64,000 bases of DNA. It comes from Methanomassiliicoccales archaeon. GTDB lineage: Archaea > Thermoplasmatota > Thermoplasmata > Methanomassiliicoccales > UBA472. The DNA lies in contig CP058896.1 in NCBI GenBank assembly GCA_013415865.1, positions 267,957 through 331,956 on the forward strand, given 5' to 3'. The first letter of the stretch is position 1, and each line of letters opens with the position of its first letter. A program made the position numbers and the translations under genes. This document shows positions 1 through 9,023 of the stretch, piece by piece. The notes under the pieces are model-generated. The model ran no database searches. It was not told where the DNA came from and worked only from the letters and a program-made list of their open reading frames with translations.

Positions 1-54
1 ATCTACCGATATATATTCGTTCATCGAAGGATCAAGGCATACCTATCGTCCGGA

Positions 55-1086
55 TTGAAGGTTGAGGTGTTCAGGTTCAACCGTTCCCTCCCAAAGGGTT
101 TCAGTGAGTTCGATGGGGTCGATGTGATCACAGGTAGTTCAAAGGAGTTTGATGACATAATATCTCAAGGGGACTGCAGGACCGTCTTCGTACATTTCCT
201 GAATGAGGAGATCTGGAACTCACTGAAGGACAGAAAGATAGAGCGGATAGTAGTCTGGGTTCACGGAGCTGAGATACAGCCATGGTATCGTAGAGAGTTT
301 AATTATGACAACTTCGCTCAAAGACGAAAGGCGAGAATAGAATCGGACAGGAGGTTAAGGTTCTGGCGCCATCTTCTGTCCGATCCTCCAGAGAATGTGC
401 ACTTTGTATTTGTCTCGAGGTATTTCTTCGATGAGGTTTGCAAAGATCTGGGGGTCAGGTTGGATGATGAAAAGTACAGCATTATTCACAATTATATCGA
501 TAAAAAGAGGTTCCTGTTTGTTGAGAAGGGGCCTGAGATGAGGAACAGGGTCCTATCGGTCAGGCCTTTCTCTAATAGGAAGTATGCGAACGACCTGTCC
601 GTCAAAGCCATTCTTGAACTGTCCAAGAGACCGTGCTTTAAGGATATGGAGTTCAGGATGATCGGCGAAGGGCCTCTGTTCGATGAGACGGTGGCCCCTT
701 TAAGAAGATTTGAGAATGTCATTCTGGAGAATCGCTCGTTGAGCGAGGCTGAATATTCAAGGATATTCGATGATTACGGTGTCTTCCTCTGCCCGACAAG
801 ATGGGATTCGCATGGTGTCTCAAGGGATGAGGCCATGTCAAAGGGACTTGTCGCGATCACGAACAATGTCGCTGCAATTCCTGAGTTCGTTGACGAATCT
901 TCCGCAATGATAGTTCCCCCTGAGGATTATGTGGCCATGGCAGATGCCATGCAAAGATTGTATGATGATCCCGACCTCTTCATCAAACTTTCAAGAAGGG
1001 GACCTGGAGTGGTTGAGGCGAAGTGCGGTTATGAACAGACCATTGCTAGGGAGTTGGAGTTAGCTGTTAAAAATAGGGCGACCTAG
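55..1086 (+). CDS. Glycosyltransferase, GT-B fold, group-1 (GT4-like) C-terminal domain
   Basis: 343-aa ORF with a non-ATG start in the track, so the exact start is uncertain. The C-terminal half carries the Glycos_transf_1-type region GVFLCPTRWDSHGVSRDEAMSKGLVAITNNVAAIPEFVDESSAMIVPPED, followed by the usual DPDLF..L helix. Confidence 0.6.
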   Translation: MKVEVFRFNRSLPKGFSEFDGVDVITGSSKEFDDIISQGDCRTVFVHFLNEEIWNSLKDRKIERIVVWVHGAEIQPWYRREFNYDNFAQRRKARIESDRRLRFWRHLLSDPPENVHFVFVSRYFFDEVCKDLGVRLDDEKYSIIHNYIDKKRFLFVEKGPEMRNRVLSVRPFSNRKYANDLSVKAILELSKRPCFKDMEFRMIGEGPLFDETVAPLRRFENVILENRSLSEAEYSRIFDDYGVFLCPTRWDSHGVSRDEAMSKGLVAITNNVAAIPEFVDESSAMIVPPEDYVAMADAMQRLYDDPDLFIKLSRRGPGVVEAKCGYEQTIARELELAVKNRAT

Positions 1087-1131
1087 CGTCATCATTATAA
1101 GTGGATAAATCATGGCATGGCCAAGTGATGA

Positions 1132-4041
1132 TTGAAGACCATGAGGCTCCGATCGTTTTATTATAGGATCTATTCTAAATTTGATGCGGCAGCAATAGCC
1201 AACTCATCTCTTGGTCACTTCCTACTTTGGGCTGCGAGCTTGAGCGGCAGCGTCCTGTTCAAACTAGGACAGTTCGAGAGCAAGCCTTGGTTCATACGGT
1301 CCAGCATGTGGTCGGTGCGTAAAGTAAAGCCAAAGGCTTTGGAGAGACGGGACGAAAATTTCATCCTACCGAGAGAAATCTCTAAGCTTTCTGAACTAAG
1401 GGTGGCATCGGTCCTGGATGATTTTTCCTATCTTTCCTTCGCCCCAGAATGTCAACTTCTGTCCTTATCTGCAGAGAGGTGGAGGGAGGAGATCGAAGCG
1501 TTCCACCCTCACATGCTGTTCGTGGAATCGGCCTGGATGGGAAAAGAGGACTCCTGGAAATGGAAAGTCTCGGTGGTCAGCCCTGAGCTTATAGAGCTCG
1601 TCGCGTGGTGCAAGGAACGGAAGATCCCGACAGTGTTCTGGAATAAGGAGGACCCGAAGCATTTCGAGACGTTCATAAGGGCGGCAAAGTTCTTTGATAT
1701 CGTTTTCACGACAGATCTGGACATGATCCCTGAGTACCGAATGAGGTTAGGTCATTCAAGGGTCTATCTGCTCCCGTTCGCAACTCAGCCAAGATTGCAC
1801 AATCCCATTGAGACATATGAAAGAAAAATGGGATTCTGCTTCGCTGGCTCATACTATTCCCAACAGATCGAAAGGAACAAGACCTTTGCCAAGTTCGTGA
1901 ACATCGTGTCCAGATACGGCGAATTGGAGATCTTCGACCGTTATATGAACACTGAGGATGTCAGAATGTCCTTCCCTGAAAGATATCGGAGGTTCATCGT
2001 CGGCTCCTTGCCTCCAGAGAATATTGGAAGGGCATACAAGGGTTACATGTTCGGCATCAACATGAACTCGATAAAGAACAGCCAAACGATGTTCGCACGA
2101 AGGGTGTTCGAGCTGCTGTCCTCCAACACTGTGACCGTTGGTAACTATTCAAAAGGTGTTCATAACATTTTAGGTGATCTGACGGTCAGCACCGATGATA
2201 TGGAGTATCTCAAGGCTAGATTGGATATTCTTACAAAGGACATGGAGATGAGGGACATGTTCCGCCTGGCCGGTCTAAGGGAGGTCCTCAGCCATCACAC
2301 CTATTGCCATAGATTGACTACCGTGGTAAAGAAGACCTTCAATGTTGAGCTGGACGTTGCCATGCCCGAGATAGTGGTCATCTCCAGGCCAAAGACCTTG
2401 GAAGAGCTCGAGCGGGTTCTCGACGCGTTCAAACGTCAAACGTATGATAGAAAGAGGTTGGTATTGGTGGGTGAGAAAGGCCCAGGTAATGCCAGGGACG
2501 TCACACGGAACATGGATGTGAGCGTTGATGAGATTGTCTCAAATGCTCATGGGGGCGTTTATTTAGCCTTTTTCGATCCTAGAGATCTTTATGGGGACGA
2601 ATACCTGAAAGATCTCGCTCTTAATGCGTGGTGGAGCAATGCAGACGGGGTTGGAAAATCTTCGTGTTTTTTACGAAACGGGGCGATCAATAGACCGCAT
2701 CTGGAATATCGCGAGGTGGAAGATCTCGATTGGAGATGTTCGATAGTAAAGGCCAGGGAAATGAAGGTAGAAGAAATAATCAAAGGACTTGAGGAGGGCG
2801 GTCTTGTTCTCAAATTTAAAAAGAACATCTCGATCGATAGGTTCAACTATTGCAGAGATTGGGATGGACTTGCCCCTGAAAGATTCATGGACCGCCCTCC
2901 ATTCGACCGAGGTGCAGAACTTGCAAAGATCGAGGAGATGGTTGATTCATTGAACGGAAGGCCTTTTGGTTTTGTGGCAAAATCAAAAAAATTAGCTATT
3001 TATGGATTCTTCCCTGAGCAGAGAAATCAAGCGAGGCATGGATATCTATTGAACCGCCCAATGTGCGAAAAACGTTTAGGGCGATGTCCTGACATCGTCA
3101 AATTGAACAGGAGCGGTCAGGATAGGTTCTATGATGTTTGGGGGGTGGACGTCTGTCATTTAAGCGAGTTCTCGCTCAGTGATGTACTGATGTCCCGACA
3201 ACATGAAGAGATCGACCTTCATCTCTTTGATCCCGCTCTGTGGAAATGCATATCGGATGGGATGGGAGGTCGGCCTACGACCATTTTCGTTTATGGTCCT
3301 GAGCTTCCAGAGGCCGGGGCCATGGATCTAGCCGTCGCCGAGGGACGGTCTGAGATGTCTTCGATCGAGATATGGAGGAGGCTCTTGATGGACGATAGGT
3401 TCAATGTCAAGTTCGCCTCAAGGTATCTGGTTGGCCAGACCGAGAAATTGTTTGGTCGTTTCTGGGATGGTAAGCGACATGGGCTTTTTTCCGTTCCTAT
3501 CGATCATGAACTGTATTTCCGTGGTACCTTAGGAAACGACCCTTTAAAAGTGATCTGTGTGAAGCCGTATCATGGGGCCAAGGTAAACACGACATTGTTG
3601 ATCGATATCATAGAAAAGATTAGGACAGAACCAGGTATGGAAAACATTGTGGTTACGCTCCTTGGAGATTGGTCTCAGGAGATGGTGCATCTTGGTCCCC
3701 TCATTGATGGAAAAAAGATCGTTCAGAGGAAAGAAGGGGATGATGTCAGGGAAAAAGGGGAGGTGTTCAGGAAGAACGGGATCATAATGATGCCACTTAT
3801 AAAGGATATGAACGGCTCAACGATAAGGGAGGCGATGGCCTGCGGCCTTGTGCCCATATTGAACGATGTTGGATGCATAAATGAGATAGTTGACAGAACC
3901 TGTGGTTGGGTCGTTGAACCTAAAGCCGAGGCGTTCGTCGCTGCTATTAAAAAATTGATCGAGAACGAAGAGCTGTTTCATGAACTGTCCAAAAACGCGT
4001 CCAACAGGATTAAAATGGACCAAATTTCAATAAAAGGATAA
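1132..4041 (+). CDS. Large multi-module glycosyltransferase (CgeB/DUF3880-like + GT2-like + group-1 GT C-terminus)
   Basis: 969-aa ORF. The N-terminal module FWNKEDPKHFETFIRAAKFFDIVFTTD is typical of CgeB-like GT-B proteins. The middle PEIVVISRPKTLEELERVLDAFKRQTYDRKRLVLVGE resembles a GT-A/GT2 N-terminus. The C-terminus REAMACGLVPILNDVGCINEIVDRTCGWVVEP is a group-1 GT motif. Start is TTG 1132 or ATG 1141. Confidence 0.55.
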   Translation: MKTMRLRSFYYRIYSKFDAAAIANSSLGHFLLWAASLSGSVLFKLGQFESKPWFIRSSMWSVRKVKPKALERRDENFILPREISKLSELRVASVLDDFSYLSFAPECQLLSLSAERWREEIEAFHPHMLFVESAWMGKEDSWKWKVSVVSPELIELVAWCKERKIPTVFWNKEDPKHFETFIRAAKFFDIVFTTDLDMIPEYRMRLGHSRVYLLPFATQPRLHNPIETYERKMGFCFAGSYYSQQIERNKTFAKFVNIVSRYGELEIFDRYMNTEDVRMSFPERYRRFIVGSLPPENIGRAYKGYMFGINMNSIKNSQTMFARRVFELLSSNTVTVGNYSKGVHNILGDLTVSTDDMEYLKARLDILTKDMEMRDMFRLAGLREVLSHHTYCHRLTTVVKKTFNVELDVAMPEIVVISRPKTLEELERVLDAFKRQTYDRKRLVLVGEKGPGNARDVTRNMDVSVDEIVSNAHGGVYLAFFDPRDLYGDEYLKDLALNAWWSNADGVGKSSCFLRNGAINRPHLEYREVEDLDWRCSIVKAREMKVEEIIKGLEEGGLVLKFKKNISIDRFNYCRDWDGLAPERFMDRPPFDRGAELAKIEEMVDSLNGRPFGFVAKSKKLAIYGFFPEQRNQARHGYLLNRPMCEKRLGRCPDIVKLNRSGQDRFYDVWGVDVCHLSEFSLSDVLMSRQHEEIDLHLFDPALWKCISDGMGGRPTTIFVYGPELPEAGAMDLAVAEGRSEMSSIEIWRRLLMDDRFNVKFASRYLVGQTEKLFGRFWDGKRHGLFSVPIDHELYFRGTLGNDPLKVICVKPYHGAKVNTTLLIDIIEKIRTEPGMENIVVTLLGDWSQEMVHLGPLIDGKKIVQRKEGDDVREKGEVFRKNGIIMMPLIKDMNGSTIREAMACGLVPILNDVGCINEIVDRTCGWVVEPKAEAFVAAIKKLIENEELFHELSKNASNRIKMDQISIKG

Positions 4042-5917
4042 TTTTGTGCCTATCTTGAATATTTAATACTGGAAGAGCAAACATAGTCTCATTTCCAAGA
4101 TCTTGAGATAATTGCGGTCCACACATATCGTTCCTCTCTTTTTCAAGTGTCAAGGTCTCATTCGGCCCAATATCTATCACAAAATGCCATGAGCCCCCGG
4201 TTCCCTTCTCCGCCTCTATCTTGTTGCCATCGGAGACAAGATGATACCACGGCGGTGATTTGGTGTATAATGTGAATCCTTTAATGGGCAGGGAGGTCGG
4301 GTTCTTGACCGTCACACGTGTCGGGCTCTCATACACTTCCACCTGCTGTAAAAGGCAAGACCTGTCATAAACGTCCCTGACCGTTGCGTACCAGATGTTA
4401 TGATCACCGGTCCAGTTCAGGAGCTCATGGAAGGAGGGCAGCATGTGCCAGGCGCTATCTGAGAACACCTTCCTTGGGTTAAGGTCCGACCACGGGAATT
4501 GAGCTATACCATCGTCCTCAGGCAGGACGCTGAACCTCCCTGTCGCATTGGTCACATAGAAGAAGTAAGGGAAATAATCATGGTTCACAAATACAGACCT
4601 CTCGCTGGCCCATGACCTCAACCAACTACCGACATCCTCCTGACGCCCGGGGTTCTGATAGAACATCAAAGCCTGCCCGAACGATACCCTGAACAGAGGC
4701 AGGTCTCCATACTCAGCCCTCGAATAGCTCATACCCTCCAGGTTAAGGTCATAAAAGGAAGATGCCGAGTGCCATTCATGTGAGCATACCGCCCCTATGT
4801 CTTTGATCAGGTCCTTGACGTAATAGATAGAACCGAGCGTTGTCCCATTCTCGCAGATGTCCTGTTGACGGAATCCATGGTCCGACCAGGTACTTATCGG
4901 ACCGTACTCGGCCGATATGTTCTCTATCGCGGCAATGACCTTCTCCCTCGTCAGGTCCATGGCCCCTCCTGCGTGTATCCCCACATCCCATCCCGCTTCG
5001 TTGAGCTCTCGCAGCGCCTCCCTGAAGACCGCGTCATCCGTCCCAAATTGATTAAGATGGCTGAAGTACCATGCATCATAGGTTCCATGTACACCATGTT
5101 CGATCGCCTCTTCGGCCATTAGTTCGAACATCTTAGGATAGGCCCTATCGGCATGGATGTGTAAGGTGAAGCAGAAGTCCTTGCCATCTGGCACTATTGT
5201 CTTATGCAGCACGTCGATGTACCGATGGGGAGAGCCGTTGCCAACTTGGAAGGAGCTTATCGTCATATGTCCCTTCGTCATCTCATTCTCTCCGACCATC
5301 TCGACCTTTTCCAATGAGAATACAGTGACACCTGAGCTCGGTACCTCCATCTTACCGGGGATGCCGTTGATGCCTATCCCTATCTCCCCATCCCTTATCT
5401 CTAAAAGGACATTAAGGACACCTCTTTCGTCATAGAACATATCGTCGTAAACCGTGCCAGAGAAGCCTTGGACGACAAAGTCACATCCTATATCCACATG
5501 ATGCCTGAACTGCACAACGTTGACGAGATAGCTGTTCTCGCCAGAGGAGATGTGGAACGATACCTTGACCGCCGCATCTTTGTGCCTCATGACCCCCGTT
5601 ATGTCCAGTGAGACCGATGCCTTGTCCATGCTCACCGGCTTTCTGACGGATAAACCGCTGCCCTTACCAAGAACGTCGAACGTCATTCCCCCTCTGCTGA
5701 ACGATGACGATGTTGTTGGAAGGAATGCCGTAGGTGCGCTCCCATCGGTGAAATCCTCCTCGAGCACCGGGTCAAGGATCTCGTATCCTGTGAGCGGTAT
5801 GCCTGATGTTCGATGGACTTTCACGGAGACAAGGGAATACGCCGCAACCGAGGTCAACATGATGACCAGTGCGATGGCCAGGACTTTAGACCTTCTCTCA
5901 TCTTTCCTCTCTTCCAC
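4010..5917 (-). CDS. Membrane-anchored extracytoplasmic protein with possible polysaccharide-deacetylase/glycoside-hydrolase-like barrel
   Basis: The long ORF spans 4010-6067. I place the start at in-frame GTG 5917 (MEERKDERRSKVLAIALVIMLTSVAAYSLV = short basic tail plus one TM). The segment FCFTLHIHADRAY...GWDVGIHAGG...WSDHGF is reminiscent of NodB/deacetylase-type barrels, which is a weak match. The 3' end overlaps the convergent gene by 32 nt. Confidence 0.4.
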   Translation of the reverse strand: MEERKDERRSKVLAIALVIMLTSVAAYSLVSVKVHRTSGIPLTGYEILDPVLEEDFTDGSAPTAFLPTTSSSFSRGGMTFDVLGKGSGLSVRKPVSMDKASVSLDITGVMRHKDAAVKVSFHISSGENSYLVNVVQFRHHVDIGCDFVVQGFSGTVYDDMFYDERGVLNVLLEIRDGEIGIGINGIPGKMEVPSSGVTVFSLEKVEMVGENEMTKGHMTISSFQVGNGSPHRYIDVLHKTIVPDGKDFCFTLHIHADRAYPKMFELMAEEAIEHGVHGTYDAWYFSHLNQFGTDDAVFREALRELNEAGWDVGIHAGGAMDLTREKVIAAIENISAEYGPISTWSDHGFRQQDICENGTTLGSIYYVKDLIKDIGAVCSHEWHSASSFYDLNLEGMSYSRAEYGDLPLFRVSFGQALMFYQNPGRQEDVGSWLRSWASERSVFVNHDYFPYFFYVTNATGRFSVLPEDDGIAQFPWSDLNPRKVFSDSAWHMLPSFHELLNWTGDHNIWYATVRDVYDRSCLLQQVEVYESPTRVTVKNPTSLPIKGFTLYTKSPPWYHLVSDGNKIEAEKGTGGSWHFVIDIGPNETLTLEKERNDMCGPQLSQDLGNETMFALPVLNIQDRHKIILLLKFGPF

Positions 5918-6138
5918 AGGGACACCGGCCTTGGGCTTTATGGATATTGATAAGATAATATTTGTCGGCCAAGGGAGAACCTTGAGGAAAATTAATGGGG
6001 GGCATGATACCGATACAGAGAGAGCAAAGTCTCTAGACCGCAAACAGATCTCTGTTCCTCGCCACATTTTCTTGGCAATTTAGATACTCCCATTCAGTGG
6101 GTATTATGAACCTAGAAGGATGTTCTTAAGGCTCAGGG

Positions 6139-6687
6139 GTGTCCGTTGTGGCAGAAAGGGCTTCGGTCAGAGAGAAGGTCCTGTTGGCGGTCATTGCGGT
6201 GCTGGTCGCGCTGAACCTGTTGACAGTAGGGCTATTGATCATGGAAGATGAGGATGTCGAGACCGATGATGAGAGGGTGCTGAAGGTCGGCGACTCGTTC
6301 CATTACATCGTGAGCGGGGATATCACCGGCCATATGTGGTTGAACGTCACTGAGGAAGAGGAGGGCAACTATACCATCTCGATGTGGTCGAGCTATGACA
6401 ACTACCAGGACGAGGGGATGACCTTCAAGCTGCGGGAGGACTTCTTCGTTCTCTTCTGGTATGATGTCTTTGGCAAGGACATGTTCGAAGATGGTCTTGT
6501 CGGACGGTTCGAGGACGACACCCCGTTCGGCCCGAGGGTGATGGACCACTACCATCACGTGTCAGGCCAGAGGACGTTCGACCTGTATTTCGGTACGGAG
6601 AACGGTGTCCTCTACAGTTACTGGTTCTCGACGAGCTCCGGCTCATTCGGATATGTGCTGATGGACTCGACGGTCGATTGGGCATGA
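6139..6687 (+). CDS. Hypothetical N-terminally anchored membrane protein
   Basis: 182-aa ORF with a GTG start. It has a single TM (VLLAVIAVLVALNLLTVGLLIM) followed by an acidic soluble domain. I recognise no family. Confidence 0.45.
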   Translation: MSVVAERASVREKVLLAVIAVLVALNLLTVGLLIMEDEDVETDDERVLKVGDSFHYIVSGDITGHMWLNVTEEEEGNYTISMWSSYDNYQDEGMTFKLREDFFVLFWYDVFGKDMFEDGLVGRFEDDTPFGPRVMDHYHHVSGQRTFDLYFGTENGVLYSYWFSTSSGSFGYVLMDSTVDWA

Positions 6688-7248
6688 TCAAAGCTCTGCC
6701 TTCACCAGCTTGATGTCCGTGCTTTGTCCGAGGCCCTTGAAAGTCAGGGCATCGGGCACTTCGCCGTCGTCGATGGAGAAGCCTATGAGCATCGAGACCC
6801 TCTGCCCGGGAGAGATCTCCCCGGTGAAGTTGCCCTTTATGCCAGGGAAGGGGCCATAGTCCACCCCGCTCTGCATCCTGAGCCGGAACATGTCGATGAA
6901 GAGCGTGACAGGCTCGTCGAGCTCGCTCGTGACCGTCACCTGGACGATGACATACACCTTCCCTGTTGGCGGCAACATGCCGGTATAGTTGTCCCAGCTT
7001 CCTTCTGACAATACGATCTTGGACTCGGGAGGTGCATGATAGATCCCTTGGAGCGTCACCGAGGCCAGTAAGGTGGCGAGCACCAGCAGGGCAAATACAC
7101 CTAAGACCTTCAGGACAGAGAGGTCTCTCGTCCTAACGTCAGGGGCGCCTTTCGCTCCGTCAGAGCGCTCAGCATGACAGAGGCTGCATGGCCCATCGTC
7201 CGGAAGAAGCTCGCTTCCGCATTCGGGGCACCGCCTCAGGTGGTCCAT
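6688..7248 (-). CDS. Zn-ribbon / TM / beta-sandwich (DUF4352-like) membrane protein
   Basis: Start set at MDHLRRCPECGSELLPDDGPCSLCH (CPxCG...CxxC zinc ribbon). A TM follows (VLKVLGVFALLVLATLLASV), then an extracellular domain with a DUF4352-like pattern (VYVIVQVTVTS...ISPGQRVSMLIGFSI). Confidence 0.55.
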   Translation of the reverse strand: MDHLRRCPECGSELLPDDGPCSLCHAERSDGAKGAPDVRTRDLSVLKVLGVFALLVLATLLASVTLQGIYHAPPESKIVLSEGSWDNYTGMLPPTGKVYVIVQVTVTSELDEPVTLFIDMFRLRMQSGVDYGPFPGIKGNFTGEISPGQRVSMLIGFSIDDGEVPDALTFKGLGQSTDIKLVKAEL

Positions 7249-7414
7249 ATTCAAGACATTGCAGATAGGGGAATAAAAGACATGGCATCCATCGATGTAC
7301 ATCCGTACTCCGATGGACCGGCCGATGCGGCCCGCCCACAGCAAACGTTTAATCGGACAAGATGCTCACCACCGCCTCATGGTCTGGTCAGAAACGAAGG
7401 AGGGGGCCGTCGGG

Positions 7415-8254
7415 ATGACGGTGTTGTCGAGCCTCATGCTCGGCTCCTCCTACGTGTTCATCAAGATGGGGGTCTCCGAATACGACCCTTATCTCCTTGG
7501 CGCTTTGGCGATGGCGATCGGCACGCTCGCATGCCTGGTCTTCATGGCCTATCGCAGGACCCTTACGATCAAGATGTTCCGTCATCGGGAGTTCTGGGTC
7601 GCCCCGGTCGTCAACACCGGTGTAGTGGGGTTCTCTTACCTTGGCCTCACGCTGACGACCGCCTCTGCTGGTGGGCTTATAATTGGATCGAACGTTTTGT
7701 TCGTCGCGCTTTTGTCCCATCTGTTCTTCGGCGAAAGGCTGTCCCTTAGAAAGGCGTCCGGCCTTACCCTGGGCTTCCTCGGCCTCGTGACGATAACCAC
7801 CAGATGGGACCTCAAAAGGCTCGAGGGCGGAGAGCTGTTGGGGGACGCATTGATGCTGATGAGCGCGGTGTGCATCGCGCTCGTGGTGGTCCTTTCGAAA
7901 GGAGCGATGAAGAAGCTCACATACGACCAATGGACGCTCTCGCTCCACATGTTCCTTCCGTTCACCCTCTTCGCGCTGTCCATGCTGGTGCAGGACCCGC
8001 ATGGGGTGAGCGATGAGATGCTGCCGATAGCTGTGTTCCTTGGCCTGGTGACCACGACCGTCCCGACGCTGCTATGGACATACGCTCTCCCTAAGATAGG
8101 GGCAGTGACCACCGCGACCGTCCTAATGCTCGAGTCGACGTTCGGCGTGCTGCTGAGCGTCCTGATACTGAATGAGGTCTTGGACGCGTTCGTGGTTGCC
8201 GGGGCGCTGCTGACCTTCGTAGCGATATTCTTCGTGGCCAACGGAGATAAGTAG
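7415..8254 (+). CDS. EamA/DMT-family transporter
   Basis: Start at ATG 7415, preceded by GAAGGAGGGGG. The protein has ten predicted hydrophobic helices in two EamA-like halves (SSYVFIKMGV..., LLWTYALPKIGAVTTATVLMLESTFGVLLSVLIL). Confidence 0.75.
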   Translation: MTVLSSLMLGSSYVFIKMGVSEYDPYLLGALAMAIGTLACLVFMAYRRTLTIKMFRHREFWVAPVVNTGVVGFSYLGLTLTTASAGGLIIGSNVLFVALLSHLFFGERLSLRKASGLTLGFLGLVTITTRWDLKRLEGGELLGDALMLMSAVCIALVVVLSKGAMKKLTYDQWTLSLHMFLPFTLFALSMLVQDPHGVSDEMLPIAVFLGLVTTTVPTLLWTYALPKIGAVTTATVLMLESTFGVLLSVLILNEVLDAFVVAGALLTFVAIFFVANGDK

Positions 8255-8270
8255 GTGGGACCTCGACGGC

Positions 8271-9023
8271 TCATCTGACAAGATATGTCAGTTCGTTGAG
8301 CGTCCTATTAACAATATCATAGTCCATCCTTCCGTATCTTTCGATGGCCGATCGGTCGTTCTTGATCGATTCGATCACACTGAGGAGGAATGGATATCTC
8401 GAAATATAATCGCCCAAATGGTCCAGTCGAATTTCCCTCCCCCCATATTGTGGGTCGATCAGAGCGAGGATATCGCCCCTGTCCTTCTTCAATTTGTCCA
8501 ATTCCCAGTCTCGGTCATGAGACGTGTTGTTCACGACGCGATATTCCCGGTCCCATGCTGCTTTCATCTTCATCATGAGCAGTTCGGTTCTAAAGGGAAC
8601 TGAGATTATCACCCCTGTCTCCATTTCCCACGGGAGGGTGTTGCCGTCCAAGAACCGATAGTCGAGCGAACTGTCCATCCCCTCGAACGGGTCTGGCCTA
8701 TCCCTTCTTCCAAAATCGATCATGATGCTCGTGCCATTTGGTAAAATTTTTTTGACCTCTTTGGAATCATCTGCAGTTTTATATCTTATGAACCCTCGAT
8801 GTTCAATTAGATATTTCTTCAAACTATGTTCGGTCTTGTGGCTGGTTATCAGGTCGATATCAATAGAGCCATACCATGCATTGTAATGATGAACGGCCCA
8901 ACCCCCTATCAGGACCGTCGTGGGGGAGGCAATGTCCTCTTTATCGGATAGGAAGGTCGCGACTGCCTTCAATTCCTCAAAGGACGCCCCGATGATAGGG
9001 AAAAGGTCCCTATAGTTTACCAT
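8271..9023 (-). CDS. Nucleotidyltransferase, AbiEii-like (type IV toxin-antitoxin / abortive-infection toxin family)
   Basis: 250 aa. It has the NTase-fold signature LIGGWAVHHYNAWYGSIDIDL (G-x-n-GS-x-D-x-D). Downstream, LLMMKMKAAWDR...KKDRGDILALI resembles the AbiEii C-terminal helices. It overlaps the upstream gene by 14 nt and lies on a low-GC islet. Confidence 0.65.
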   Translation of the reverse strand: MVNYRDLFPIIGASFEELKAVATFLSDKEDIASPTTVLIGGWAVHHYNAWYGSIDIDLITSHKTEHSLKKYLIEHRGFIRYKTADDSKEVKKILPNGTSIMIDFGRRDRPDPFEGMDSSLDYRFLDGNTLPWEMETGVIISVPFRTELLMMKMKAAWDREYRVVNNTSHDRDWELDKLKKDRGDILALIDPQYGGREIRLDHLGDYISRYPFLLSVIESIKNDRSAIERYGRMDYDIVNRTLNELTYLVR

